Shown: one piece after another, positions 48,362-57,670 of the stretch
Layout: every line of letters begins with the position of its first letter
How positions within the stretch are numbered: position 1 is the stretch's first letter
Source of the DNA: Eubacteriales bacterium
GTDB lineage: Bacteria > Bacillota > Clostridia > Oscillospirales > CAG-272
Length of the DNA stretch: 64,000 nucleotides
Reading direction: 5' to 3'
Assembly: GCA_045612385.1 (NCBI GenBank)
Contig: JAZKYZ010000068.1
Location: forward strand, 4,429-68,428
Made by a program: the position numbers and the translations under genes
Notes under the pieces: generated by a model
Seen by the model: only the letters and a program-made list of their open reading frames with translations
Database searches by the model: none
What the model was told of the DNA's origin: nothing

Positions 48362-49027
48362 ATGGAGACATTCTTTTTAATTATTGAATACATAGGTGTC
48401 ATTTCCTTCTCTATTTCCGGCACCCTTTTTGCTTTAAATAAGAAAACAGATATTATTGGAGCTCTTTTAATCTCTGTTTTAACTTGTTTTGGTGGAGGAA
48501 TGCTTCGTGATTTTACTTTGAATGTTATTCCACCAAATCTTCTTTTTAATCCTTCTTTTTGGATTCAGGAATTGGTTTGCATTGGTGTATGTTCTCTTCT
48601 CTTCCACGTTTCCTTTTCTAAACGCTTATTTCGTTTATTAACAAAGCATCAGCACGATTTCTGGCTTGAATTCACAGATGCCATTGGACTTGCTGTATTC
48701 GTTGTTGTTGGTGTTGACTATGCCATTGAGCTTGGCTATCAGGATAACATTGTACTTTTAGTATTTTGTGGTTGCATTACCAGTGTTGGAGGTGGTATGC
48801 TTCGAGATGTATGCACGGCAACCATTCCACGTATTTTTTGCAAACACGTTTATCTTCTTCCCTGCATCCTTGGCGCCCTTTTATATGTATTTACTAAGGG
48901 AGATCACGTGCTTGGCCACATCTGGTCTACCATCTTAACTATGTTTTTTATTATTACATTTCGTGTCTTGGCGTGCATATACAAGTGGAATCTTCCCCGC
49001 CCCGATCAATCGCGTATAGAAGAATAA
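48362..49027 (+). CDS. TRIC/UPF0126-family membrane protein (two-repeat cation channel-like)
   Basis: Two repeats, each with a GGGMLRD motif, and 7 predicted TM helices. GGAG lies 6 nt before the ATG at 48362. Confidence 0.8.
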   Translation: METFFLIIEYIGVISFSISGTLFALNKKTDIIGALLISVLTCFGGGMLRDFTLNVIPPNLLFNPSFWIQELVCIGVCSLLFHVSFSKRLFRLLTKHQHDFWLEFTDAIGLAVFVVVGVDYAIELGYQDNIVLLVFCGCITSVGGGMLRDVCTATIPRIFCKHVYLLPCILGALLYVFTKGDHVLGHIWSTILTMFFIITFRVLACIYKWNLPRPDQSRIEE

Positions 49028-49269
49028 TCACACTCTTTTAAATATTTTTTTCTGGTTGCCTCTCCACCGCGCAAGTGACGTTCAGCCTTGTTTTTTTCTA
49101 AAACGGCTCGTACTTGCGTATATAATGCGGGATGAATATATCTTAATTTTACTGTTAAATCCTTATGTACAGTACTTTTGCTAATGCAAAAATGCTTTGC
49201 CGCACCTCTTACAGTATCCCCTGTTTCCAGTACATATTGCGCAATTTCAATCACTCTATCAGTAAACAT
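49006..49269 (-). CDS. spoIIID: sporulation transcriptional regulator SpoIIID
   Basis: 87 aa. Motifs VRGAAKHFCISKSTVHKDLT and RHLRGGEATRKKY match the SpoIIID signature. GGAGG lies 6 nt before the ATG at 49269. The longer ORF-track start is unlikely. Confidence 0.9.
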   Translation of the reverse strand: MFTDRVIEIAQYVLETGDTVRGAAKHFCISKSTVHKDLTVKLRYIHPALYTQVRAVLEKNKAERHLRGGEATRKKYLKECDYSSIRD

Positions 49270-49294
49270 CACAAGCCTCCATAGGGTTTTGTTA

Positions 49295-49325
49295 ACTATA
49301 TGAAAGTAGATATTAAAATATGAAG
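49295..49325 (-). promoter_or_regulatory. sigma-E-like promoter of spoIIID
   Basis: On the minus strand: tcATAtt, 14-nt spacer, CATAtAgT, compared with the remembered consensus ATA..-N14-CATACA.T. The -35 region overlaps the start codon of the divergent methyltransferase gene. Confidence 0.4.
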
Positions 49326-50090
49326 AAAGAAGAAACAAAATTTTCTACATCTACCATATTTGAAGGCATGACAAGTATTCGTGCTTTGATTTATGCGATG
49401 GAGGAGCATATCAGCGATCGTAGAATCGAAAAAATAATTATTGATAAACAAAAAATAAATAAGAATAAAAAAGAGATTGGTTACTTGCGTGCCGTTTCTG
49501 AAAAATATGGATATATCATTGAGATAGTGGATACAGAAGTGATTGATGAGCTCGCTTTAGGAAATTCTCACGGAGGAATTCTTTGCGTAGCAAGTGATAG
49601 AACAATTGATAAGCTTACTCCTGATAAGATCCAAGAGAATGGATTTTATTGCTTGATGGATGGTATTGAGGATCCATATAATTTTGGTTATTCCTTGCGC
49701 TCTTTATATGCGTGTGGTTGTTCCGGAATATTACTGCCAGAAAGAAACTGGATGAGCGCAGCTGGTGTTGTATGCCGTAGCAGTGCTGGTGCTTCCGAAC
49801 GCTTTTCAATGTATTCTGAAGATTCTGTCGAAATAGTAAAATTATTTAAGGAAAAAGGCTATACCATTGTATGCGCAGATGAGAATACAGATGCTATTCT
49901 TGGCAAATGTTCTCTTCCCCTCCCGATTTTATTGTTGGTTGGTGGTGAAAAAAGAGGACTTTCTAAGAAAATCCTCGAATATGCCGATATTCTTGTCAAA
50001 ATTGATTACGCGAGAGAATTTCGCGCTTCCCTTTCTGCCGCATCTGCTACAACAATGTTTGCTTATGAAATTGCAAGACAAAATTTTTAA
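49320..50090 (+). CDS. SpoU/TrmH-family RNA 2'-O-methyltransferase (RlmB-like)
   Basis: 256 aa. Motifs LMDGIEDPYNFGYSLRS, LLVGGEKRGLS and SLSAASATTM match SpoU motifs. Confidence 0.8.
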   Translation: MKKEETKFSTSTIFEGMTSIRALIYAMEEHISDRRIEKIIIDKQKINKNKKEIGYLRAVSEKYGYIIEIVDTEVIDELALGNSHGGILCVASDRTIDKLTPDKIQENGFYCLMDGIEDPYNFGYSLRSLYACGCSGILLPERNWMSAAGVVCRSSAGASERFSMYSEDSVEIVKLFKEKGYTIVCADENTDAILGKCSLPLPILLLVGGEKRGLSKKILEYADILVKIDYAREFRASLSAASATTMFAYEIARQNF

Positions 50091-50094
50091 TTTT

Positions 50095-50133
50095 TAAACC
50101 CAATAGCGTTATGATAACGCTATTGGGTTTTCT
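50095..50133. terminator. bidirectional terminator
   Basis: 16-bp stem aaacccaatagcgtta/taacgctattgggttt. Confidence 0.7.
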
Positions 50134-51030
50134 TTAGTGATGTTCTTCTCTATGACCGTCTTCGCGTCTGTAAGGATCTTCCCTGCGTTCTCCACGACAA
50201 GAACATCCTCCGCCTTGACGAGGAGCTTGCGTTGAAGTTTCAGGGCAAACTGTTCCTTTAAACTCAGCAACCGGAAAAGCTATGGTCCTGAAAAGCGAAC
50301 AGGGATTTTCTTCGCTGTTACGTGGTACACATTCTTTGTCGGGCACGCTATAATCCGTTCCATTGACAAGCAACTGTGTCGGACGCTCAATTCTTACAAC
50401 GGAAAAAACGCCAAGAGAGATATAGAGTCTATATCTTGCGCTTGACGAAAGGAGAATATCTCCATCCGGTGTTTGACGCAGGCAGTCAGGAATTTCAAAA
50501 GCATCAGGGCAAGCACAAGCGTCTTCTTCACAAACTACTTTGGTATCCAAAACAATAGGCTCAACTACTTCTACCTTCGCGATCGGATCGGAGGTTTGAA
50601 CTGTATTAAGATTACCTATACCACAATAGGAATTATCGCGATCTGAAGAAAAGGTGAGAGTGTGTCCATCTCCACCAAAGAGGATGACTGTTTTTTCGGC
50701 TATTGCAAGACCCTGATATGTTTGGCTTCTGCCAATTCCAACGCAACTTTCGATATTAACGCTAATAAAATAACGTATTGTGATTTGGTAAAAACCACAG
50801 TTAAATGGAATTTCATCCACGCCTACATACGCCCAAAGCATATTAGCGCTTCTGACGCGAGTGCTTGTCGCGTTTTGAAGCACTTGTTCGCCGTAGGAGG
50901 AGAGGTAAACGCGAACGTTTTCAAAACAGTCTCGGTCACGACAGGTGTCAAGGACACGATACGTGTCGATACATACCGTTCCTCGATTGTCGAAGCCAAG
51001 TCCGTTTTGACAACTTCTGGTATCTGACAT
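50134..51030 (-). CDS. cysteine-rich hypothetical protein (possible spore coat/exosporium component)
   Basis: 298 aa with about 16 Cys, no signal peptide and a charged C-terminal tail (RGERREDPYRREDGHREEHH). GC content is visibly higher than in neighbouring genes. Confidence 0.5.
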   Translation of the reverse strand: MSDTRSCQNGLGFDNRGTVCIDTYRVLDTCRDRDCFENVRVYLSSYGEQVLQNATSTRVRSANMLWAYVGVDEIPFNCGFYQITIRYFISVNIESCVGIGRSQTYQGLAIAEKTVILFGGDGHTLTFSSDRDNSYCGIGNLNTVQTSDPIAKVEVVEPIVLDTKVVCEEDACACPDAFEIPDCLRQTPDGDILLSSSARYRLYISLGVFSVVRIERPTQLLVNGTDYSVPDKECVPRNSEENPCSLFRTIAFPVAEFKGTVCPETSTQAPRQGGGCSCRGERREDPYRREDGHREEHH

Positions 51031-51115
51031 AAAGTTTTCTCCCTATCTTATAAGTTAGGTGAGGGTAAAAATTTGCATAACAAAAATTCCCTCGTTATTA
51101 TACTATGTCAATGGC

Positions 51116-51158
51116 GAAAAAAAGTGAAAAGACCAGTCAGGTGACTGGTCTTTTCACT
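51116..51158 (-). terminator. terminator after the small P-loop gene
   Basis: 17-bp stem agtgaaaagaccagtca/tgactggtcttttcact followed by a T-run on the minus strand. Confidence 0.7.
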
Positions 51159-51170
51159 AAACATATGTAA

Positions 51171-51572
51171 TTAGATGTACTTTTTAATTGCTTCAGGGCA
51201 TTCTGCCTGAGGAATGGAAGCAGAAATAATTACATTAACATCTGCTGTAATCTTTTCAAGTTTTTCTACAAAGGAAACAAACGCTTGCACGTCACCACAG
51301 CAAAGTTTCATTGAAGAATCAATAAAGAGATCGGTAATATCATAGTTGGAGGAAAGGATTCCAGCAATAAAACCATAGAATGCATCTGCTCCACAAATCG
51401 CATAATCCTCAGCACTGATCAAACGAGCGCGAGAGGTAACATTCAAACGAAGAGCATCACCCTTCTCAACACATACAACAGAGCCCTTGGACTCCTCTAC
51501 TGCTTTATTTGCAAGTTCGATAAGAGCTTTGGTTTTGCCCGAGCCTTTACCGCCAATAAGTAACTTAATCAT
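51171..51572 (-). CDS. small P-loop protein, unknown function
   Basis: 133 aa. Has Walker A GGKGSGKTK at residues 7-15 and nothing else recognisable. Confidence 0.5.
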   Translation of the reverse strand: MIKLLIGGKGSGKTKALIELANKAVEESKGSVVCVEKGDALRLNVTSRARLISAEDYAICGADAFYGFIAGILSSNYDITDLFIDSSMKLCCGDVQAFVSFVEKLEKITADVNVIISASIPQAECPEAIKKYI

Positions 51573-51687
51573 AATTTTATCCTCCTTTTAAGACCTTAAG
51601 GTCTTTCTTTAATACTATTTTACACTATTATAACGAAAATTGCAATAGTTTTTTGTAAAATTATCTAAAATATCAGATAAATTTTCA

Positions 51688-53031
51688 TTAAGAATTCGAC
51701 TGTATTCTCTCTTCAATTTCTTTCTTTAATTCTTCATATCCAGGTTTTCCAAGCAGAGCAAACATATTCTTTTTGTATGCTTCTACACCAGGCTGATTAA
51801 AGGGATTTACCTGAAGAATATATCCAGAGATTGCGCACGCAAGTTCAAAGAAATAGATAAGATAGCCAAGAGAATGGGCGCTTCTATCTTCGATTTCTAA
51901 CAAAATATTAGGAACGCCTCCATCATTATGCGCCAGTAAGGTTGCAAGCATTGCTGTCTTATTCACATAATCCAGTTGCTTTCCAGCAAGAAAGTTTAAT
52001 CCGTCTACGTTTGCACTATCAAATGGGATTTCAAAAGAACTTCCGGGATTCTTCACACAAACCACAGTTTCAAAAAGGTTTCTCATTCCTTCCTGAATAT
52101 ACTGTCCAAGCGAATGAAGGTCAGTGGAAAAAATAACAGATGCTGGGAAAATTCCTTTATTGTCTTTTCCTTCGCTTTCGCCATATAATTGCTTCCACCA
52201 CTCATTGAACATTGCCATATATGGCTCATAACCGACAAGTATTTCTGTGGTTTTTCCTTGACGAAGCAAAGCGTTACGAATCACAGCATACTGCATACAG
52301 TCATTTTGCTTGATGTCTTGAGAGGAGTACGCCTCTTTTGCGTCCTGAGCGCCTTTCATCAAAGCAACAATATCAATTCCAGCTGCTGCAATAGGAAGAA
52401 GTCCTACGGCAGTGAGTACAGAGAATCTGCCTCCTACATCATCAGGAACAACAAAGGTTTCATATCCTGCTTTGTCCGCAAATGCCTTCAAGGTACCACG
52501 CGCTTTGTCCGTTGTTACATAGATTCTTTCTCTTGCGCCATCTTCCCCGTATTTATCGACAAGAAGTTGCTTAAATACGCGAAAAGCAATCGCTGGCTCT
52601 GTGGTTGTACCAGACTTGGATATAACGTTGACACTTATATCTCTGCCTTCACAAATCGAGAGCAACTCATTTAAAGCAGTGGGTGAAATATTATTTCCTG
52701 CAAAATAGATATCGGGTGTATCCTTCTTGAGGTTATTATAGAGTGGGCTCTTGACAAATTCAATGGCAGCACGCGCGCCGAGATAAGAGCCACCAATACC
52801 AATCACAACAAGTATATCAGAATTCTTTTTAATTTTCTCAGCTGCAATTTGAATTCTGGAAAACTCTTCCTTATCATAGTCAAAAGGAAGGGACATCCAA
52901 CCGAGAAAATCATTTCCTAATCCACTTTTATCATTTAAGCAAACCAACGCATCCTGCGCTGATTTATACAAAGATTCAAGTTCTTCGTTCGATAAAAAAG
53001 AAGAACAAAAATCGGTTTTTAACTGAAGCAT
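51688..53031 (-). CDS. pgi: glucose-6-phosphate isomerase
   Basis: 447 aa, Firmicutes-type PGI. Motifs [24 protein letters not shown] and [12 protein letters not shown]. Confidence 0.95.
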   Translation of the reverse strand: MLQLKTDFCSSFLSNEELESLYKSAQDALVCLNDKSGLGNDFLGWMSLPFDYDKEEFSRIQIAAEKIKKNSDILVVIGIGGSYLGARAAIEFVKSPLYNNLKKDTPDIYFAGNNISPTALNELLSICEGRDISVNVISKSGTTTEPAIAFRVFKQLLVDKYGEDGARERIYVTTDKARGTLKAFADKAGYETFVVPDDVGGRFSVLTAVGLLPIAAAGIDIVALMKGAQDAKEAYSSQDIKQNDCMQYAVIRNALLRQGKTTEILVGYEPYMAMFNEWWKQLYGESEGKDNKGIFPASVIFSTDLHSLGQYIQEGMRNLFETVVCVKNPGSSFEIPFDSANVDGLNFLAGKQLDYVNKTAMLATLLAHNDGGVPNILLEIEDRSAHSLGYLIYFFELACAISGYILQVNPFNQPGVEAYKKNMFALLGKPGYEELKKEIEERIQSNS

Positions 53032-53124
53032 TACAAGGTCCTCCGAAAAGAAAAAGATTTAACAATATTATACACGATACTATTATGTTTTTCAAGAGGA
53101 AAATATAAAAAAATACAAATTAAA

Positions 53125-54309
53125 TCACGTTTTTTTATTGGAAATAATTGAGAATATCACAAGTTTTAAAAGTTCTTTATAATTTAAAGATTTTGCTTCC
53201 TCGTCAGTTACGAGATTTCTTTCACCGATACACTCGCCATCAAGATAATACTTGACCTTTCCCACATTATCACCTATGGATAAAGGAGCACAAATCATCT
53301 CTGGAATTTCATATACTTTTTCAATCGCTTTACTCTTCCCTTTTTCACACAAAAACACGAATGCCTCCTCGCGTATCCAGATGGTTTCCTTAGAAGATTT
53401 TAATACTGGAATTCTTTCAAGAAGAACGGATGGCGATTCATATAATGCAACAGAGGAAAAGCCGAAATCTAACAATGCACGAGCCTCATTGTTTCTGATT
53501 TCCTTCGTTTGAGCGCCCATAATAACGCAAATTAGATTTAAGTTGTTGCGCTTTGCGCTAACACTTACGCAGTATCCTGCTTTGTCTGTTGAACCCGTTT
53601 TTAATCCGTTGCAACCTTCATAATATCGAACGAGTCGGTTTGTGTTCGTTAGTGTAAATGCCCCATCTCTGATAGTATCTTGCCACAAGGAGGAATACTT
53701 TGTAATGAAATCAAATTTTACAAGTTCTGATGATAAAATAGCGATATCCAATGCGCTCATTGTATGATTAGTAACCGTATCATCAAGTCCTGTTGTGTTT
53801 TCAAAATGAGTACCATAAAGCGAAAGTTGTTCTGCCTTTTCATTCATTCGTCTTACAAAGGCTTCTTCGCTTCCACATAAATGTTCTGCTAAGGCAACGG
53901 AAGCATCATTTGCACTTGCGATGACAGTACACTTTAAAAGTTCTTCGACATTCATCTCCTCGCCTTCTTTTAAAAAGACTTGGCTTCCTCCCATTGAAGA
54001 AGCGTTTTCGCTGATAATTACATTATCACTTAAACTGATTTTTCCTTCTGCAATTCCCTCGGCAATCAGTAATAATGTCATAATTTTTGTAACAGAAGCG
54101 GGAGATAAGGCTTCTTTTTCGTTTTTTTGGTACAAGATTGTCCCAGTGTTTGCTTCATACAAAACAGCGCTTTTTGCACTAATTTCTGGCGCACCAGTCA
54201 ACTTCTCGTAAAATGCTAATGCGTTATTTTCGGCTGGCAGGGCCATTGCAGGCAGTGAAAATATTAGAACAAATATAATTGACATTATTAAAGCGATCCA
54301 TTTTTTCAT
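53125..54309 (-). CDS. D-alanyl-D-alanine carboxypeptidase (PBP5/DacB/DacF type)
   Basis: 394 aa. Signal peptide, SxxK motif PASVTKIMT, SAND-type SxN motif, KTGST (KTG), and a C-terminal anchor. Confidence 0.85.
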   Translation of the reverse strand: MKKWIALIMSIIFVLIFSLPAMALPAENNALAFYEKLTGAPEISAKSAVLYEANTGTILYQKNEKEALSPASVTKIMTLLLIAEGIAEGKISLSDNVIISENASSMGGSQVFLKEGEEMNVEELLKCTVIASANDASVALAEHLCGSEEAFVRRMNEKAEQLSLYGTHFENTTGLDDTVTNHTMSALDIAILSSELVKFDFITKYSSLWQDTIRDGAFTLTNTNRLVRYYEGCNGLKTGSTDKAGYCVSVSAKRNNLNLICVIMGAQTKEIRNNEARALLDFGFSSVALYESPSVLLERIPVLKSSKETIWIREEAFVFLCEKGKSKAIEKVYEIPEMICAPLSIGDNVGKVKYYLDGECIGERNLVTDEEAKSLNYKELLKLVIFSIISNKKT

Positions 54310-54473
54310 AAGTATTCCTCCTTTTTTCTACAAATATATACGCTATCGAAGGAAAATATGAATGAAGAATATAAAAAAACGAAAAGTTTAAAAAATTGCC
54401 TTGTTTTTTTCTTTTATCTGTGTTAGAATATAAGTCGAAACTATTGCTTTAGTGTAAAAAGGAGAATTTCCTC

Positions 54474-55547
54474 TTGAAAGAAAAGAAAAAAAGTACAAGA
54501 CTTTTTATTACCGATATTACAAGAGAGGGGCGTGGTGTTAGCAAAACGGAAAGCGAACTTCCTCCCAAACTTCGTCGTTTCTTTCTTTGTTTAAAGAATA
54601 ATATTGGTAAACTACTAACTTTAAATATTATGATGGTGATTGGAAACTTCCCTTTTCTGTTTATCATCATTGCCCTCGCTGGTTATACGCAAAAAAACTA
54701 TATGTTGCCCTTGTCTGATTTTTTTCAAAATCTTCTCTCTCACATTGTCGCAACCGGCAAGGATCTGGGCCCGTTAGAAATGAGCCAAATTGCTATGGAA
54801 GGAATGATGCACAATACCCTCGCCCCTACCGTATTAACCTACATCTTTTATGGTATTGGTGCGTTAACATTATTCACCTTCGGCCTTGTTAACTGTGGCA
54901 GTGCTTATGTGCTTCGCAATATGGTAAGTAGTGAACCGGTTTTTGTGTGGTCGGATTTTTGGTATGCGATTAAAAGAAATTGGAAACAAGCCCTTCCTTT
55001 TGGTGTGATTGATGGTTTAATTTGTGCGATTTTCTGCCTTAACATTGTATCAATGCTCGGTGGAATTACGAACTTCTTTCAATCATTTATGTTTTGGTCA
55101 AATATAGCCATTTTGATCATTTTCTTCTTTATGAGATATTACATTTACCTCCAGATGGTCACATTTGATTTGAAGATTTTTAAAATCATTAAAAATTCTC
55201 TTATTTTTTCACTGCTCGGGTTTAAGAGAAATATCCTTGCCTTCTTAGGCATTGTATTGCTTGTGCTTATTGAACTGTTCTTTTTCATTGGCGCTGGTGG
55301 TTTGCTCTTACCATTTGCTGTTGCACTTCCCTTAATTCTCTTGCTATCCGTATGTTCTCTTATGAAAATTTTTGCATCCTATTTTAAAGTCAAGGAACTA
55401 ATGATTGATCCCTACTATGAAGAACATCCGGACGAACGCCCCTCCAGTAGTTCAGAAGAAGAGATTATTATGCATGATGATGTCACCGAGCGCGAACGCC
55501 TTGAAGAGATCCGCAGAAGGAATGGAATGACTTCTGCCGAAGAATAA
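54474..55547 (+). CDS. YesL/DUF624-like polytopic membrane protein
   Basis: 357 aa with several TM helices and an acidic C-terminal tail. The start is a TTG 9 nt after GGAG, and is uncertain. Confidence 0.5.
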   Translation: MKEKKKSTRLFITDITREGRGVSKTESELPPKLRRFFLCLKNNIGKLLTLNIMMVIGNFPFLFIIIALAGYTQKNYMLPLSDFFQNLLSHIVATGKDLGPLEMSQIAMEGMMHNTLAPTVLTYIFYGIGALTLFTFGLVNCGSAYVLRNMVSSEPVFVWSDFWYAIKRNWKQALPFGVIDGLICAIFCLNIVSMLGGITNFFQSFMFWSNIAILIIFFFMRYYIYLQMVTFDLKIFKIIKNSLIFSLLGFKRNILAFLGIVLLVLIELFFFIGAGGLLLPFAVALPLILLLSVCSLMKIFASYFKVKELMIDPYYEEHPDERPSSSSEEEIIMHDDVTERERLEEIRRRNGMTSAEE

Positions 55548-55561
55548 ATGCCAATAATAAG

Positions 55562-55590
55562 AAAAACAGCGTGCATTGCACGCTGTTTTA
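55562..55590. terminator. bidirectional terminator
   Basis: Palindrome aaaacagcgtgca-t-tgcacgctgtttt. Confidence 0.65.
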
Positions 55591-55603
55591 ATTTAAAGTG
55601 GTT

Positions 55604-56353
55604 TCAATTTAAATTTGTTAAAGAAAGAAAAACGTATCCTTCTTCTTTTGCGTAAAGAATAAAGTCTTTTATAATTTCAGCATTTGTCTTTGACGTCGGA
55701 TGAAGAAGCAGGATTTCCCCACTATGAAGATTTTCTTTCAGTTTCGAAAGAGCTTTTTTCGGACTCATTTGATTATGATCGTCCCAATCGGCATAAGCAT
55801 ATGACCAAAATATATTTTTGTATCCCATTTCCTTAATATAGATCAGGCTCTCTTCGCTAAATTTTCCTTCAGGAGGACGAAAAAACTTATCCAGTAAATA
55901 TCCTGTTTTTTCCTCAAACAGTTTTTCAAGATCTGTAAGATTTTTTGTTATTTCTTCTTTGCTCAAGTTAGAAATATCTTTATGATTTTTGGTATGATTA
56001 CAAACAAGATGTCCGTCCTCTTTCATCCTCTTTACAGTATCGGTATTCTTAAGTAGAGGATGTCCAAGAATAAAAAAAGCAGCAGGCACCTCCTCCTCTT
56101 TTAATACATCAAGGATTTTTAATACATTTTCATTCATATATCCCACATCAAAAGTAAGGTATATTCTTTTTTCAGCAGTATTTTCTCTCCAATAACTGTT
56201 TGTACGACTTAAAAATGAATCGGTATATGGACAAGAGGTTTCTCCATTGCCTTTTCTTTTAAAATACCATTGCTGGTTTTTATTTTGATTTAAACAGCCG
56301 AGAAAGGTAAATGAACTTGTTAGTGCAACAATTAGACATATAAAGCGTTTCAT
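55604..56353 (-). CDS. pdaA: polysaccharide deacetylase, PdaA-like (delta-lactam biosynthesis type)
   Basis: 249 aa. Motifs YLTFDVGYMNENVLKILDVLKEEEVPAAFFILGH and NHTKNH are NodB-domain motifs. Resembles sporulation PdaA. Confidence 0.7.
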   Translation of the reverse strand: MKRFICLIVALTSSFTFLGCLNQNKNQQWYFKRKGNGETSCPYTDSFLSRTNSYWRENTAEKRIYLTFDVGYMNENVLKILDVLKEEEVPAAFFILGHPLLKNTDTVKRMKEDGHLVCNHTKNHKDISNLSKEEITKNLTDLEKLFEEKTGYLLDKFFRPPEGKFSEESLIYIKEMGYKNIFWSYAYADWDDHNQMSPKKALSKLKENLHSGEILLLHPTSKTNAEIIKDFILYAKEEGYVFLSLTNLN

Positions 56354-56414
56354 ATATTTCCCCCTTTACTTTTATTTTTACAATGTTTTTGCATAATAAT
56401 CGAGGCAAATACTT

Positions 56415-56452
56415 GAAAAAAGAAAACCACCACAGATTTCTGTGGTGGTTTT
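56415..56452 (-). terminator. terminator after rpsU
   Basis: 14-bp stem aaaaccaccacaga/tctgtggtggtttt followed by a T-run on the minus strand. Confidence 0.7.
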
Positions 56453-56456
56453 GTAA

Positions 56457-56633
56457 TTACTTGAATTTACGCTTTCTTGCTGCTTCAGCTTTCTTCTTGC
56501 GTTTTACACTGGGTTTTTCGTAGTGTTCTCTCTTACGAAGTTCTCCGAGAATACCCGATTTTACGCACTGTCTTTTGAAGCGACGAAGTGCACTATCAAG
56601 AGTTTCGTTTTCTTTTACTCTGATTTCTGCCAT
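56457..56633 (-). CDS. rpsU: 30S ribosomal protein S21
   Basis: Sequence [23 protein letters not shown]...KRKKK. A GGGAGGG RBS precedes the ATG at 56633. Confidence 0.95.
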   Translation of the reverse strand: MAEIRVKENETLDSALRRFKRQCVKSGILGELRKREHYEKPSVKRKKKAEAARKRKFK

Positions 56634-56750
56634 TTTTATATCCCTCCCTTCGCGATGCAAAGAGACCTAAATCTCAAATATTACTTAAGTATTATAACCG
56701 ATTTTTTTACGTTTGTCAAGGGTTTTTAGAATATTTTTGTAAAGGTTATT

Positions 56751-57611
56751 TTATTTTTTGCTTTCAATTTGTTTGATTGCGCCTCTCAAAGTGTTTTGCA
56801 GAAGCATTGCAATAGTCATAGGCCCCACTCCACCTGGCACAGGAGTAAGATAAGAGGCACGCGATATACACTCATCAAAACAAACATCTCCAACGAGCTT
56901 TCCTTCTTCGGTACGGTTGATTCCAACGTCAATAACGACAGCTCCCTCTTTGATATCTTCTCCGCGAATAAATTCTGCTTTACCTATTGCGCAAATCAAA
57001 ATATCTGCTGTACGTGTAATCTCTTTTAAATTGTTTGTTTTAGAATGACATACCGTTACTGTAGCATTTTTTTCTAACATAAGGTGGAACATTGGTTTTC
57101 CAACAATATTGCTACGTCCGACAATAACGCAAGTTTTTCCTGTTGTTTCAATATTATAGAATTCAAGCAGTCGAATAACTCCCGCCGGCGTGCAAGGAAG
57201 AAAAGTTGCATCTGAGGTCATAATGGCGCCGACATTCATTGGATGAAAGGCGTCGACATCTTTTTCTGGTTTGATGGCAAGCTGTATTTTTTTCTCATCA
57301 ATATGGCGAGGAAGTGGTAATTGAACCAAGATACCGTGTACATTGTCATCCTGGTTATATTCCTCGATTTTATTTAAAACTTCCTCTTCTGTGGCATTTT
57401 CGGGCAGAGTACATTCAATAGAGTGTATTCCACATTCAAGACACCCTTTATGTTTGTTGCGCACATAAACTGCTGATGCAGGATCATTGCCGACAAGAAT
57501 GACAGCTAAGGCAGGTATAACACCTGTTTTCTCGGCGAATGCCCTGACCTCCTCTTTAATTGCTTCACACGTACGCTGCGATACCATTCGACCGTCAATA
57601 ATTGTTCCCAT
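56751..57611 (-). CDS. folD: bifunctional methylenetetrahydrofolate dehydrogenase/cyclohydrolase
   Basis: 286 aa. Motifs ILVGNDPASAVYVRNK, GILVQLPLP, VVGRSNIVGKP and TPVPGGVGPMT. Confidence 0.95.
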   Translation of the reverse strand: MGTIIDGRMVSQRTCEAIKEEVRAFAEKTGVIPALAVILVGNDPASAVYVRNKHKGCLECGIHSIECTLPENATEEEVLNKIEEYNQDDNVHGILVQLPLPRHIDEKKIQLAIKPEKDVDAFHPMNVGAIMTSDATFLPCTPAGVIRLLEFYNIETTGKTCVIVGRSNIVGKPMFHLMLEKNATVTVCHSKTNNLKEITRTADILICAIGKAEFIRGEDIKEGAVVIDVGINRTEEGKLVGDVCFDECISRASYLTPVPGGVGPMTIAMLLQNTLRGAIKQIESKK

Positions 57612-57625
57612 AATCTGATCCTTTT

Positions 57626-57660
57626 ACAAAAACCGACTTCATATCGAGGTCGGTTTTTGT
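57626..57660 (-). terminator. hairpin/terminator between prs and folD
   Basis: Stem aaaaccgacttc/gaggtcggtttt (one wobble pair) with a flanking T-run on the minus strand. Confidence 0.5.
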
Positions 57661-57670
57661 ATTTTTATAT

